Of a stretch of 64,000 nt of DNA, positions 12,132 through 25,614 are shown in pieces. The notes beneath the pieces are model-generated. The model had not been told where the DNA came from, did no database searches, and was given only the letters and a program-made list of their open reading frames with translations. The stretch is from Octopus bimaculoides (lineage: Eukaryota): positions 17,458,746 through 17,522,745 of the forward strand of contig NC_068998.1 in the NCBI RefSeq assembly GCF_001194135.2, given 5' to 3'. Both the position numbers and the translations under genes were made by a program. Position 1 is the first letter of the stretch; each line of letters begins with the position of its first letter.

Positions 12132-13400
12132 TATCATTATCATCATCCAGTTTCCATGTTGGCATGGGTTGGAAGAGTTGTCTCCCATTGAGAACTACAG
12201 CTTTCAAAGACTAATTGTGTCATTTGGCTTGGTTTCTATGGCTGGATGCCCTAGCACTAATCACTTTATAGAGTGTCTGAGATACATTTTCTCATGGCAC
12301 CAACTCTAGAGAGTATGAATAGTCCTTGGTGAGACAGTGCTAGAGGGACCTCATAGCTCTACACTTTCTCTGCTTGTTTAACCTACCACTTTACAGTGTG
12401 AACAGTAGATGGTGGTCTTGTACACAGAAAATGTAAATTTGGAAAGGGAAGAATGAGGCTAGAAATGGTTGTTAGAAATATAGGAATAGAGAAGTAAATG
12501 TAGGTATATGAAGGACAAAATTATGGCATATACATTTACAAAGGTGACTGAGGAAGGAAGCTGGAGAGAAAGAACAATAACATTAGAAAGATCAGGATGA
12601 ATGGAAGAGTGAAAGGAAAAGGGATTATGATCGAAAGAAAACAAAGATAGAGAGGGTCTGAGAGAGAGGGAGTGCTTGTTCATAGCTAGTGGACAAAGGT
12701 AGAGGTGGATGTGAGATAAAGTGAGAGTAAATGGAAGTGGAGGAAGAGATTGACAATAGAAGAGGTGAACAAAGCTAGAAATGGGTGATGAAATCAGAGC
12801 ATATGAGGGGAGGTTCAGAGGAGGGAGAGCACTAACAGTACAACATAGTAAAATTAGTGCATGAAACTGCTATCATCATCACTCTGATCTTGTGCACTAA
12901 CTTTACTATGCTGTACTGTTAGTGTATGAGATCAGAGGGATGAATATAAGTGTGCTGAAAGACAAGTGAGTATTGTGAGAAGGTGGATGGTACATTTAGC
13001 ATAATTGGTGGGAAGATGGGAGATGGTGAGTTATGACTGACAAGAAGGGGTTTGAGCAATAGGCAGATGTGAGGGTTGGGCCAAGGGTGTAAGGTGAGGT
13101 AGTCAGCAAATGTAGGCCTAGCAGGATGCGAATATTGCAGCCACTAAACACTGCCTTCAAGTTTTACTGTGGGTAGACAGCATATCACCAATCAGTACAG
13201 TCCTTTGTCATCTCCTCTGTAAGATGCAGCAGCATCAAGTCAGCCATCACCACCTCACCCAAGCCTTCTTTGATCTCTCTCTTTTGTGCATTCCCCTAAC
13301 TTGGAGTGCTCAACACTTCCTTATGCTGCAGTCATCCTTCATGTGCATCACATTCTCAGCAGTGTAGTCTTCTCTTTTGTGCACAGCACCTGTTTCCTTT
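12132..13400 (-). mobile_element. RTE-clade LINE 3' fragment: ORF2 C-terminus, long 3' UTR containing a hairpin, (GAT)n tail
   Basis: 13170-13395 translates in minus to EVVMADLMLLHLTEEMTKDCTDW*YAV and QKRRLH.., matching the 45480 RTE C-terminus; tail tttccatgttggcatgggttgg and ggctggatgccc at 12132-12310; joining both into one element is inference. Confidence 0.6.
12830..12924. repeat. 32-bp inverted repeat (hairpin, 31-nt loop)
   Basis: arm 12830-12861 matches the reverse complement of 12893-12924 at 30/32. Confidence 0.95.
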
Positions 13401-15096
13401 TATACCCAGTTTTTCTCTCAGTTCATTTGCAGAGCATACTTACTGGTATGCAATATTTATTAACTAATTTTTCAGATTTCTTTGTAATTTGATTAATGTT
13501 ACTTTTAATAGTGGAAAGTGAATGTGAATGCATTTTAAATTAGAAATTAAGAAATGGTTGCATATGGTATAGGATGTAAAATGTCCATTACATACAGTTT
13601 ATAGGAAATTGATTAACTTCCATATGAAAACTTATTAAAATATTCAAAATTTCCCAACAATATCTGGCATTAAATTGCTAAATAAAAATTGCTTCGGTAT
13701 ATGCTATAGAAAAATCAGCATACTTTTGCAAAAACCTCACTATTTGAGGCACACATTTAGATTGTTATTTGTAAATAGTATATGTCTGTTCTAAAGAGGA
13801 TTTTTGTTTTCTCCAGAAACTTAAAATAAGTCTTAACATTCTCTACACATATGCACAGACATTTCTGCCATCCATTTTTATCAGTTGCAGTATATACTAG
13901 AAGCTTATTTTTAGCAATGGAGATATTGGTTTCTGCATAGATAAATACCATCAATTTAAATCCATTAGTTTTATTGAGAATAATGCACTTTACTTTGGTA
14001 TATATAATATATATTTAAAAAAGAAAGAAAAAAAAACTGATCGAAAAATTCAATATTCTCACATGTTATTCCGCTAGTTCTTAATTTTCAAAACTTTGTA
14101 TCATATCACAAATGTAACTTTATTCCCTCTCTGCCAATAATACTTAGCAAATGTATTGACATCCCAGCAATAGAAGTTGAAAACTAATCTTTTGTATTCT
14201 TGATATAAATCATATCAAAAGAATTTTTTGCTTAACATATTGTTAGGACACCTTTGAAATTAAGTTATACATATTTAATTCTTTATATAGCAAAGTTACC
14301 TGTACAATTAATGAAATTTTGATTTAAATATAAAAATACTTTGACAATATGAGTAAATTCTTGTAATCTGAGTTGTTAAGAGAGCAAATTCTAAGCTGCT
14401 TTACTTTATACAAAAGTTAAATATTTTCTTAAAGAAAGTGTTAGAACCATTTTTTGCCTGTCCAAATGGCTAAGATTATTTTGGAAAATTAACAAAGCTA
14501 ATGTTTGCCTGATCCAGTAATTGTGAACACCTACCTTCATTTCCTTTTTCAACATGTTCAGCTCTGAAAGAGTTACTGTTGTTTATTCTCTCTTGGTTCA
14601 AACTACTGAAGTTAGGCAGCTTAAACTTTTCGATTGATTATTAAACAGCTTTAAAATATTTGAGTCCGTTTTTCAATTTTTTTTTCTTTTGTTTGTATAT
14701 TATATACACATTTTGTTTCTATTCAATATCATCTGCTGGATAAGTTATATGTTAAGCAAAATGCAAAAAAAAACAAAAAAAATTGTTCATTGGTATATAG
14801 TAACACATTTTTTTCTTTGCATTGGTTGCTTTAATAGTATTATTAGTATAGAATACATTAGGCATTGATCAAATGTGTAACCTTTTCTTGACCTTGTCAA
14901 AGTTTTTAAAAAAATTGGGTAAAACATTTGATAATGGAATAAAGGTAGATTAAACATATCACTATGTTATGGGGTTTTTTCTGAGGGCTACAGTTTTGTA
15001 TTAAATTCATTAAATATTAACTTAGCTAATCAATTTTAAAATAGCTTCAGTTATCAGGATTTAGAGTTTGTATTTCATTAACATATAGAATACTAT

Positions 15097-15381
15097 TTAC
15101 TGGCATCCTGTTGGTTACAATGATGAGGGTTCCAGTTGATCCAACAGAACAGCATGCAAGTGGCTGAGCACTCCACAGATGTGTACCCTTAAAATAGTTC
15201 ACAGAATGTGACAAGGCTGGCCCTTTGAAATACAGGTACTACTCAAATTTGCCAGCTGAGTGAACTGGAGCAATGAAAAATAAAGTGTCTTGCTCAAGGA
15301 CACAATGCATTGCCTGGAATTAAACTCACAACCTTACAGTTGTGAGCCAAATATGCTAACCATTAAGCCATGTGCCTTCAC
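15097..15381 (-). mobile_element. tRNA-derived SINE family B with 12-bp target-site duplication
   Basis: head tggcttaatggttagc..gagtttaattcc, gtgtccttgagcaagacact core; TSD atagaatactat at 15085-15096 and 15382-15393. Confidence 0.85.
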
Positions 15382-15456
15382 ATAGAATACTATGATGATA
15401 ATACAATCTTAAAAATCAAATTATGTAGCTTTATCTTTGCAAATAATTTTCATTAT

Positions 15457-15598
15457 AATCATCATCATCATCATCATCATCATCGTTTAACGTCCGCTTT
15501 CCATGCTAGCATGGGTTGGACGATTTGACTGAGGACTGGTGAAACTGGATGGCAACACCAGGCTCCAATCTGATTTGGCAGAGTTTCTACAGCTGGAT
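15457..15598 (-). mobile_element. Young RTE-type 3' tail (5'-truncated) with (GAT)n
   Basis: (ATC)n then gtttaacgtccgctttccatgctagcatgggttggacg..; only 2 substitutions seen versus 29064-29187. Confidence 0.9.
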
Positions 15599-16914
15599 TT
15601 ATAAATAAAACGTTCACAAGTGAGAATTAAAACCACACCCAGAATCAATTCATAGAGGATTTACCGTCTTATCAGAATATATGATACTCACATAATATCA
15701 ATTTCTTTTGACAAGGTGCAGAATTTAGCTATTGTAAGTGAAATAACATAATTCAATTGAATTGTAGCCTTATCAGCTACAAAGGGAAAACATGCAGAGT
15801 TAATTTCTGGTGGGATTTCAGGTGACTGGAGCATTAAAAATGCATATTGTTAGTATGGCATATAGAGAAAGGGAAATGATTTTAAAAAAAAAGGTAGTCA
15901 TAGAGATAATTGGAGTAATGGTGGTCAAATGATTTCCTTATAGGAGCAAAAATGAATGATGTCAAATGATTTTCTTAGTGAAATACAATCCCTTAAACAA
16001 TTAAAAAAGTAAAACTGCAAGTATTTAACACAAAATCTTCTCATATGAATAAATAATAAAGTATGAAAATTGACAAGATAAAAATCAAAGTAGAAATCAT
16101 TTACAATAATTGTCCTGTTTTCAGTTTTTTATTTAAACAAGTCTGAAAATTATACTCAACGAATAGAAATTAATGTTTTTTTTTCTCTCTAAAATCAAGA
16201 AAGTCTTTGAATGTAAAACTTTAAAAAGAAATCCTATTTTTACTTTAATTCCATTATCATATAAATTCCTGTTTTATTTTTCCTTTATATAAATTAAAAC
16301 AAAAATTATTAAACATTCAAACAATAAAAGCTTCAATTTATTTTTGTTCTTGCTATAGCCATTTGTGGGTTCACTTGATGTTTTTGATCTATGAATATTT
16401 TGTGACTGTTAATTAACTCAATATTGCTTTACTTCACAGATTGCTATACTTTATTGCTTTCCTAAAACGTTAATTTCTCATACATTATTCCATTGTTAAA
16501 TCAATGATTGTTATTGTTCATCACTTTTTAGTTAGCATTATCTAACAGTTCTGATGTAGAAATCTGTGATCAAACACACTGGTTCCTAAATTGAACACTA
16601 CCCTCTCCCTTAGTTATAGCACTGGGATTTCTTTTGGGAACATTATGAATGAAGGCATTCAAAAGAAGGCATTAGTTACGGGCAAGCCTTTATTTAAATC
16701 AAAAGCAAGAATATTTTACTCTTTTCCACAAATGACTATTTGTCTGATTATTCTGACAATTCTGTTTTATTAGTTCTGTGATACATTTAGGTTCATGTAG
16801 AATATTAATTTTGTATCTTGCAAAAATACCATTTGAAAATAGCTCTTGTTAGCTTAGGTCTTTGCTGACAGAAATTCTTCTTGACCTGTCAATTGCTGAA
16901 GAAAACATTTTATG

Positions 16915-17040
16915 CTGTCAGTCAGCTAACTAGAAATAACAACCAAATCTCTCTGAAACCATATCCATCTTTAAGAAATAATGGAAGGACACATTGAGTA
17001 TTGTGACTCTAAAAATAAGGCAAGATGATCATGGCTAGAA
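16915..17040 (-). mobile_element. Dispersed repeat family C fragment
   Basis: ctagaaataacaaccaaatctctc..ggaaggacacattg..gatgatcatggctag is the reverse complement of the family C core. Confidence 0.6.
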
Positions 17041-17691
17041 GATAGAATTAAACAACAACAACAACATATAAAAGTTGTCAATATGTAGATTGCTCATGAA
17101 GTAATGGAAAAGGTATTATGATACATAACTGCTTCCTTTCCAATAACCTCTGTCTTGTCATCATACCACTTTTTTGCAGACACATTTGTGTTCTTATTTA
17201 TTTTTTATCTATCTTTCAAGTTCCTTTAATTTTATCCTTCCATCTCTGGTAGATCAGCCACATTTTAATTCTTCTCCAGGTTTTGTTTTTAAATTTATTT
17301 TCATGCCATGTTGCTATTTCTTGTTTCATTCTTTCTCTCTTTTTCTCTCTCATATCCTCCTCTTTTGGTGATACTTTTATCTCTCACTTTAAGAAATGAT
17401 TAATCCTGCACTTAGTGGGTTGCAGAGCACATAGAAAAGAGATTGTTGAGACTCTAACAGTTAACCTCTTTTCTTATTTGTCATATTTTTTCTTAAGTGC
17501 AGAAATATAGTAGGATTAGTAATCGTAAATGCTTATATTTTCTGCTCTTTTCTTCCAAATATTAATACTACAGAAGGTTTGCTTTTCTATTCAGTTGTTA
17601 CCAAAGATATATTACAGCATATCTCCAAGTTTCAGATCTTGCTTTGATCTCCAAATTTGATCTTCAAATAATGGTGATATATATCTTTATC

Positions 17692-18050
17692 TTTTACTTG
17701 TTTCAATCATTAGACTGCAGCATTGCTTGGGCACCAACTTGATGAATTATTTTTAAGTACTTATTTTCTTAAAACTTGGAACTTATGTCAGTTTCTTTGC
17801 CAAACTGCTGAGTTATGGGGACATAAACACACTAGAACAAGTTGTCAAGCAGTAGTAGTGGTGGGGAACAAACAAAGACACATGCACACACACACACACA
17901 CACATATATGACAGGCTACCAAATCCACTCACAAGGCTTTTTCAGTCTGAGGCCATAGTAAAAGACACTTGCCCAATGTACCGTGCAGTGGGACTGAACC
18001 CCAAACTATGTGGTTGGGAAGCAAGTTTCTTACCATACAGCTATACCTTC
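17692..18050 (-). mobile_element. SINE family A, full length
   Basis: tail, (CA)n, ccaaatccactcacaaggc, gacacttgccca, gcagtgggactgaacc, gggaagcaagtttcttacca. Confidence 0.9.
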
Positions 18051-19654
18051 ACCTATATATATATATATAAAAGAGTTCATAACTCCAACTAAAAACATTT
18101 GTCTCCCCTTACACACACTTCCTGTTTTGACACACACTTCCTGCTTAACACAAACTTTTAATCCTTTTTTTAAACCTAACACAACTCTCAATTCTCATGC
18201 ATCCTTATTTTTCCAACCATTATATACATGAATTACCATTGAACTTCAAAAGCTCAAAGACAATATAATGTATTGGTATATTTATTTTTTTATATATTAT
18301 TTTTTTTACATATTTTTTTTATATATTATTTTCTTCATTTTGTACTTTGTAAAAAACATTTTCATTCTCCCTCTTCTTGAAAATTTGCTTCGCAATGAAA
18401 GCCGGTTAGAGAAATCTTTATTAAAATATGATTCCAGTTTAGCATTCTGCCTTATTATTATTTTTCATTTTTCTATATATATATATATATCTTTGATTTA
18501 TAATTTATGTTTACATGATGCAAATGTTTTCCAAGAATAGAGCTAACACAGGGTGGTCTAAAATAAAGGGTAATGTTTACGGGAAATGAGAGGCTCTTTG
18601 TAATAACTGAGAATTTAGATTGATATCAATGATGACACTGTTTTCAAATGAATTTTTATATATTCAGTTTCCAAATGTAAAGTTAGCTTTTGCTAATTCA
18701 TTTTTCTCTATCTAAATTTGATTTTCATTCTGGCATTGGATAAGCAAATTTAATCTTTTGAGCAGAATCATTTTTAAATCTCTCCTCAGTGTGAAATATT
18801 ATGAAGAGATGGTACTTAACTTGAATAGCTGAGTAGAATAACACATCTTTAAATGCAGTGGAATTTTAACTTGTAATTTTAACTGATAAGGGGATGATAA
18901 AACTAGTAGAACAGCTGGCAAAATATTTTGTGGTATATTTGTTTATATCATTTTATATTTCAAATTCAAGTACTACTGAGGTTCATTTTACTTTTCATTC
19001 TTCTCGGATTGATTAAATAAGTAGAGAGGTTGTTGTTGTAATGGTACAGTGACTGATATCAGCAAAGTTTGAACTGTAATGATAAATAGACAATTTGCTT
19101 AGGTTACAATATTGTAAAATTATCAATATTATCTTTAAAATGAACAGTTTTATTTTTAATACTTAATCGATGAATAAGATACATAATGTTAGTTGGGGAT
19201 GGAACTGATTGAATGTAAATATTAGACATTTCTTTTAATTTCTAAAATTTACATTAATAGTAAAAAAAAAATTGAATTCTTACAAATAGTTTCTCCTGTA
19301 TATTTATTATGATTTACTGCTTGTAAAATAATTCATTTTGAGGAAGACATTAATATAATGTTTAACAAATTTTGATAAAAATTATAGTTTCAACTATTTA
19401 AATTTTTTTTTTTTTTTCATGTGACCTATATCTATCTGCCTGAACAAATTCTTTCTGCAAGCATGAGTCAGTTGAGTGAACATTAAACAATGATGGTTGT
19501 GTGTGTGTGTATTTTGCAACCAGATGCCCTTCCTGTTGTCAATCCTCGCTTGTTTTCAAGCAATAAAATATTTCAGCTTGGAAAACAGGAAATGAACATT
19601 ACTTAAGTGATAGTGGTGCATATTTACAATCATCACATAAAATTAAGATATGGG

Positions 19655-19833
19655 TACACACACACACCCTTTTATATGATGGGATTCTTTCAGTTTCTGT
19701 CCATAAAATTCAATTACAAAGGCTTAGTCAACCCAGGGCTATAATAGTGGACACTTGCCCAAAGAGCTGTAAAGTTGGACTGAATCTAAGACCACATGGT
19801 TGGGAAGTAAACTTCTTAACCACACAACCACAC

Positions 19834-19838
<5 letters not shown>
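19655..19838 (-). mobile_element. SINE family A head half
   Basis: ggacacttgccca..ggactgaatc..accacatggttgggaagtaaacttcttaaccacac. Confidence 0.8.

Positions 19839-19872
<34 letters not shown>
19838..19872. repeat. (TA)n microsatellite between two tandem SINEs
   Basis: pure TA run. Confidence 0.95.
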
Positions 19873-19876
<4 letters not shown>

Positions 19877-19877
19877 C

Positions 19878-20086
19878 ATTATTCTTTTGTTTCAGTCATT
19901 TGACTGCAGCCAGACTGGAGCACCACCTTAAAGGGTTTTAGTCAAAGAAATCAACCCCACGACCTAGTCTTTGTAAGCCCAGTACTTATTCTATCAAACA
20001 CTTTTGCCGAACTACTAAGTTACAGGGAAGTAAACACAGGGACAAGATTGGTTGTCAAGCGATGATGTGGGGGGACAAACACAAAG

Positions 20087-20123
<37 letters not shown>

Positions 20124-20257
20124 ATGGGCTTCTTTCAGTTTCTGTCTACCAAATCCACTCAAGTCATTAGTCATTTTGAGGCTGTAGTAGAAGGTGCCAT
20201 GCAGTGAGACTGAACCAAGGACCATGTAGTTGGGAAGCAAGCTTCTTACCACACATG
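19878..20257 (-). mobile_element. SINE family A, full length
   Basis: gtttcagtcatttgactgcagcc..ggagcaccacctt tail, (CA)n, head gggaagcaagcttcttaccacac. Confidence 0.9.
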
Positions 20258-22136
20258 ATAAAGCTGTTAAATATTATTTTAAGTCATAAGAGTTTCTTAA
20301 TCAAAATTATTTACAGTGGAAATGTACAGATTATGAATCAATAAATACTTAATGTATACTGAGTACAGTACTCCAACATGAGCTTTGCCATGATAGATGA
20401 ACGAACTGATATTCCAGTTCTTGTCTTTAAAGCTCTTCAATAATAATTAATCTTTTATTGACGTTAAAAGGAAGACCTGATTACTTATTCTGGAAACTCT
20501 TGAGTATTTTCTGATTTAAATAGAATGTAGTGTTGAGAAATCTTACATGAATCAGCTTGTATTTATAAAAGGTACCTCGAAGAAGTGAATACAGTTTCTT
20601 TTACTTTGCAGATCAACAGAGTATAATACTCTGCCTAATTATATATGTCAGTTTAATATTTGCATGTATTTCTGGGCTGAAATCCTCTTAGTTAAAATGG
20701 ACAGAAATTTGAATTTTAGATGCCATTATATACCTTTTTATTGCCTGTTTTCATAAGAAGCAAATATTCATTCCTCTGCAATTTTTTCTCTTATCTACTG
20801 TTTCCATGCAGGGTGTGTTGTCTAGTGATATTCTCTGTATTGGTTTCCAAATAAATGTTTCTTAATTTTCTTGTTCTATCAATTGAATTCAAGTAGTAGA
20901 TCTTGATAGACTGACCAGTTTTTAATAAGATATAAACTTTCTTGCTTTTGTAACTGAAAATATATTCACAATGTGAATTATATCTTTTTATTTTGTAAAT
21001 TTTCTTAAGTTTTCCTATTCTATATACTCTTCATTCAAGTAATCTCATTTTTACTTCAATAATATTTCGAAGTTTCTCATAAATCTGTCCATTTTCTCTT
21101 TTATCAAATCCCTTTATCATATTCTTATATGCTTATATATTCCATTTGTCTCTACATTAACCAAATTTGTACAACATATATATTGCATATTAAAATTTTG
21201 CTGAATACTTTAAAATATATTCAACAATTAAAAATTAAGATTACTTGCTATATAAGCAATATTCTAACATAGATGAAAATTGTGATCTTTTTTATTATTT
21301 TGAATACATTTTGTAATTACATATGAGGGAATATTTTATTGAAATTTCACATTGTGTTTCTTATCAGTGTTTCCTGGATTATAAACGATTAAAACATTTA
21401 CTCTTCATCTCCTTTTGATTTTCCTACACTAGCTTTGCACTCCCCTCTGCCTTTTCCCTCACCACTTCACATCAATTGTTTTGGCTAGAGTTTGTTCTTA
21501 GTTTGTATGTATATTAAAATTAACGTCTCCTGTTTATGATATAGTAGGTTGAAAGACTTTAGCTGCGATTACTCATGCAGACAGTAGATCAAAAACTCTT
21601 TTCAGAATTATTTAAAATCTAAAAAAAAAGAAAGCAAATGAAGATGATTGTGATGTAATCAACTATTTGAAATGTTTAGAAAATAAAGGCTATACAGATT
21701 GGAGTCAATCTTCTCTTTAAAGTCATCTGGTAAAAAGCAATGGACATGTTTTAATCTTGTTGGATTTCCTCAATAAAGCATATTCACTTCATTAAGCAAT
21801 ACTTGTATACGGCCAGTGTGTATAGAAATAGAGGGAATGTAGCAACACTTAGGAATATCAACAATTAGACTGAGGAGAAAATGCCTCATGAGAGCATTGT
21901 GTGTGCTAAATATTTCTTGTAATCTTACACATAAATGTAGGAAAATGAAAAAGTTTGATTAGTATGTGATATTCAATGCAATCAGGAAAATAAATGCCCT
22001 CAAGGTATGACACTTTATCATGTGTGTGTCTTGTTAGCAGTAAGCAGAATAGCACCCCTCCTAAGGTCCTTGCCTCAACCATATTGTTGATATTCATAAT
22101 GACCATCAATACACACACATCACTCTCTTCCTCCCC

Positions 22137-22255
22137 TGTGTATGTATGATTATGTATGTGCATGTGTATATATGATTATGTATGTTCGTGTGTATGTATG
22201 ATTATGTTTATGATTGTGCAGGTGTATGTATGATTATGCATGTGTATGTGTGTAT
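22137..22255. repeat. Degenerate minisatellite (about 26-bp unit gtgtatgtatgattatgtatgtgcat)
   Basis: tgtatgattatg recurs about 4 times. Confidence 0.8.
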
Positions 22256-22414
22256 ATTGTACACTTCTATTTCTTGTTTTGCTGAAGTCTAATAAGACCA
22301 AAACCTGTAGTTGCTTTTACCAGTTGGTTTTTATATATTTCATCTGCATCATCTTTATATCCCAAAATTTCAATCATTTGATTTTGCTGTAGTTCTCTCC
22401 CTTTCTTGCTGTCT

Positions 22415-22508
22415 TTATTATTATTATTATTATTATTATTATTTATTTATATATTTTTTTAAACACTCCCAGAGGGATTTTTTTAAACACTCCCAGAGGG
22501 ATTTTTTT
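22415..22508. repeat. (TAT)n plus perfect 24-bp tandem duplication
   Basis: atttttttaaacactcccagaggg at 22453-22476 and 22477-22500. Confidence 0.95.
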
Positions 22509-22720
22509 GTCTGGAGACTGCATGAATAATCTTAGTTAATTGAACTTTTTCAACTCACTATATTACACATGTGAGAGACCCTATATTATATGTATTTAGT
22601 ATGCATAATGCTCCGCAGGTATATTCCCTCAACTGTATTGTGTGTATTAGAAACACTATTCGACCATTTTTCCATTTTATCAACATTTGATTTCTTTCAT
22701 TGAAATCTGATATTGGAATG

Positions 22721-22727
22721 CACACAC

Positions 22728-22761
<34 letters not shown>

Positions 22762-22762
22762 A

Positions 22763-22812
<50 letters not shown>
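22721..22812. repeat. Compound (CA)n-(TG)n-(TA)n microsatellite
   Basis: direct reading. Confidence 0.95.
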
Positions 22813-22815
<3 letters not shown>

Positions 22816-23439
22816 GTGTCTATTATATATGTTTTAGCAATCAAAATAAGAAAATAAATGTGAATTCTATTCCTGTACCATCTCAATACTTTAGCTAGTA
22901 ATGTTTATTTTTTAGTTTTATATTTATGTTTAGTAATTCTGATGTAAAGCCCTTTGGGTTTGAAATGTGCATAAAGAAAATTTAGAGTTGCAGAAGAGCA
23001 GAGTAGACTAGCATTTATAAGAGTACTGAACATATTGTTTCAGCAATTATAGTAAGCAACTATTTGGTCTTCTAACTGAAATGTTGTATTGATTTCTGAA
23101 GTGAAATAAAATGTTTTAGTTCTACAGTTTGTTTCCATTTCTAAAGGATTTTCATACATCAGCTAGAGTAGTAATAATGTTGGCCTTTTGATTAAGATCA
23201 AAAGTATTGAAAACCTACTAGGACTAATGTTGGCAGAAAGAACAAAACCTTTTCAGTAATTCTGTGCTAGCTCAGTACAATGCATTTTGTACATTATAAT
23301 TCTTTCATTGACATTTCTTTCTTTTTAACCTTTTTATTCTTTACTCAGACTTCCTGCTTTCTCTTTAACATTTACCATTCCACTTTCACCCTCACTTGCA
23401 TATCACTATTTGTATTCTGTTTATACTTGCTCTCTGGTC

Positions 23440-23615
23440 CCTGATCAGCCCTGATTGAGCAGTTTTGTGAACAGTCATTCCAGTAGTGACCATCCTTCTT
23501 TTTGTATATCTCAGACTAAAATATCTAATGTATCCTTTGTGTTTTTCTTCTTTTTTTTTTAAAGTCCAAAGGGTAAGATATTTCAAGACTTGGTTGCTAT
23601 GTCTACCAGTTCAAG
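23440..23615 (+). mobile_element. Dispersed repeat family C
   Basis: cattccagtagtgaccatcc..atctaatgtatcc..acttggttgctatgtctaccag. Confidence 0.55.
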
Positions 23616-23864
23616 TAACTACAAAAGAGCATTCTTTTCTTGATAGCTTGATTATATATATATTTATGTATCTGATGTTGCCAGACATAATCTAAGACCT
23701 ATATATAAATTTTAGGTTTGTGAGCCCTGAGGTGTGAACAAATGTTATATGCACAGTTAAATTCTTTTAATACTTACCACAAGCATTAAACTTGTGTATT
23801 GATGCAAGGGACTTTCCATTTAAGTTTGGAGCCTTTTTTTATATACTCTTTTTATAAAAATTGT

Positions 23865-24104
23865 GATGCAAACAGTAGCTCAGCTACATATTAAATGTCA
23901 AAGTGTCACACACGGCTTGTGATATATAACAAGAATGGCAAAACTACAGCCCCTAACTAAATAGTTTATCATAATAATGAAGATGATGATGATAAACTAT
24001 TTAGATATATAGCTGTGAGCTATAGCTCTGCTCTTCCAGTTATACATCACAGACCACATGTGATGCTTTGACATTTAATATGTAGTTGAGCTCCTGTTTG
24101 TATC
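23865..24104. mobile_element. Foldback element / MITE with long terminal inverted repeats
   Basis: 23877-23930 versus reverse complement of 24039-24092 = 45/54, all mismatches transitions; similarity extends outward (gatgcaaacag/ctgtttgtatc, weakly to about 23814/24150). Confidence 0.8.
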
Positions 24105-25199
24105 AATTCATATAAAAGGCTATGCAAGAAATATTTCCAAGCTTAAAGGAATAACAAAACTGCACCTCACAGCTATGTATTTAAATTGTTTATATATAAC
24201 TTAAATATTTTATGATCACTTTAATTGGAAATCAATAGTTAGAGGTGTGTATTAGTATTTATTTTTCATGAATTTGGTCTAAAGGAAAGGGCTTATGCCG
24301 TTGGCTTTGCAAGCCCTTTAAGCTCAAGTTTTTGGTTAATGTTTCTGTTAAACAGTTGTAAGTTGCTGGCTACTGGGAGTGGGGTGGGGGGGGAGACAAA
24401 CAAAAAAATACATGGCAGTGAGGCCATAATGGGATAAAAAAACATAGCAGAGGGCTGACTCTCTACTCTACATGTACCTAAATTGCTTTTTATGTCATAC
24501 TTTCTTAATTGCTATTTACAGTAACTTTCTACATAAAAATTTAAAATTCCTCAGTGTCCTAATCACATGATTCTTTAAATGTTTAAATTTGACTCTATTA
24601 ACTCAAATTGTCTCTACTAATTTCAAAGGTTTGCTGGTCTTTAACGCTTAAATCTTGGTTCATTTGATAGTACTTTTTTTTTTATGGAGTGTTTCTAGCA
24701 GAGCTTTATATTTTCATTCCTGCTCATTTCAGCTACAAAAATAAATAAAAAATTGCCTGTTATGTTGTGAGAATATTCAAAAAGGGTCAGTTTAGAGATT
24801 GCAGCAAAGACGGTTCTATCAGATGAAACTCTGCATCAGACTTAAACTAAAACCTCCTTAACATTTCTACAAATTTGTTGTCTTCGTGGACAAAATATTG
24901 CTTCTTTCTAGAGAACCTCCTTTATTCTTGTAATAGAAATTGATGATACTGTTATGTCAGTATTTCAATGACTTTCCCCCACTTTTCATGTTTTTTATTG
25001 TTTTCAATTGTGTCTGCCTGGAACAGATCCTCTCTCATCTATTATTATATTCTCTGCTTTCTTGCATGTCTGTCTGTTTTGTCTATGTGTTATGCTTATG
25101 CCAAGCTAATAATTCAAATGGAGAAAAATGTATAGAGAGAGAGACAGAAGGATCTTTTCAATCTTAGTCACAGATTTTTTCATTAATGTTTTGAAACTG

Positions 25200-25457
25200 T
25201 GTTGTACTTGAGAAAAGACCCATCAAACCAAGGAAAATCACAGTTGTGGCAGATACCAGTGTCACACACATGGCACCTGCGCCGGTGGCATGTAAAAGCA
25301 CCCATTACATTTTCAGAGTGACTGGTTTTAGGAAGGGCATCCAGCCATAGAATCCATGCCAAATTAGACTGGAGTCTGACGCAGCCTTCCAGCTTGCCAC
25401 CCCTGGTCAAACCATCCAACCTATGCCAGCATGGACAGATGTTAAATGATGATAATG
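25200..25457 (+). mobile_element. RTE-type 3' UTR/tail fragment
   Basis: gccggtggcatgtaaaagcaccc..aggaagggcatccagc..ccaacctatgccagcatgga..gttaaatgatgataatg. Confidence 0.9.
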
Positions 25458-25614
25458 CTGACTTACACCTTGGAATTTCCATGGGTCCCTCTAGTACATT
25501 ATAAATATGCATACACAATTGTCTTTCCTTACAGTTTCTATTTACCAAATTATACTCACACAATATCAGTTAGAGTATAGAACTACCAAGGACTTAAACT
25601 GAATGTTATTTAAC

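Noticed and set aside
14529-14575. Minus-strand 29-nt microexon candidate (14535-14563)
   Set aside because: Short pyrimidine tract and no supporting context.
20617-20633. 8-bp inverted repeat CAGAGTAT-a-ATACTCTG
   Set aside because: Arms of this length are expected by chance in 64 kb.
24375-24393. G-quadruplex-like runs (also 52495-52512 on minus)
   Set aside because: Only three distinct G-runs; isolated, with no supporting context.
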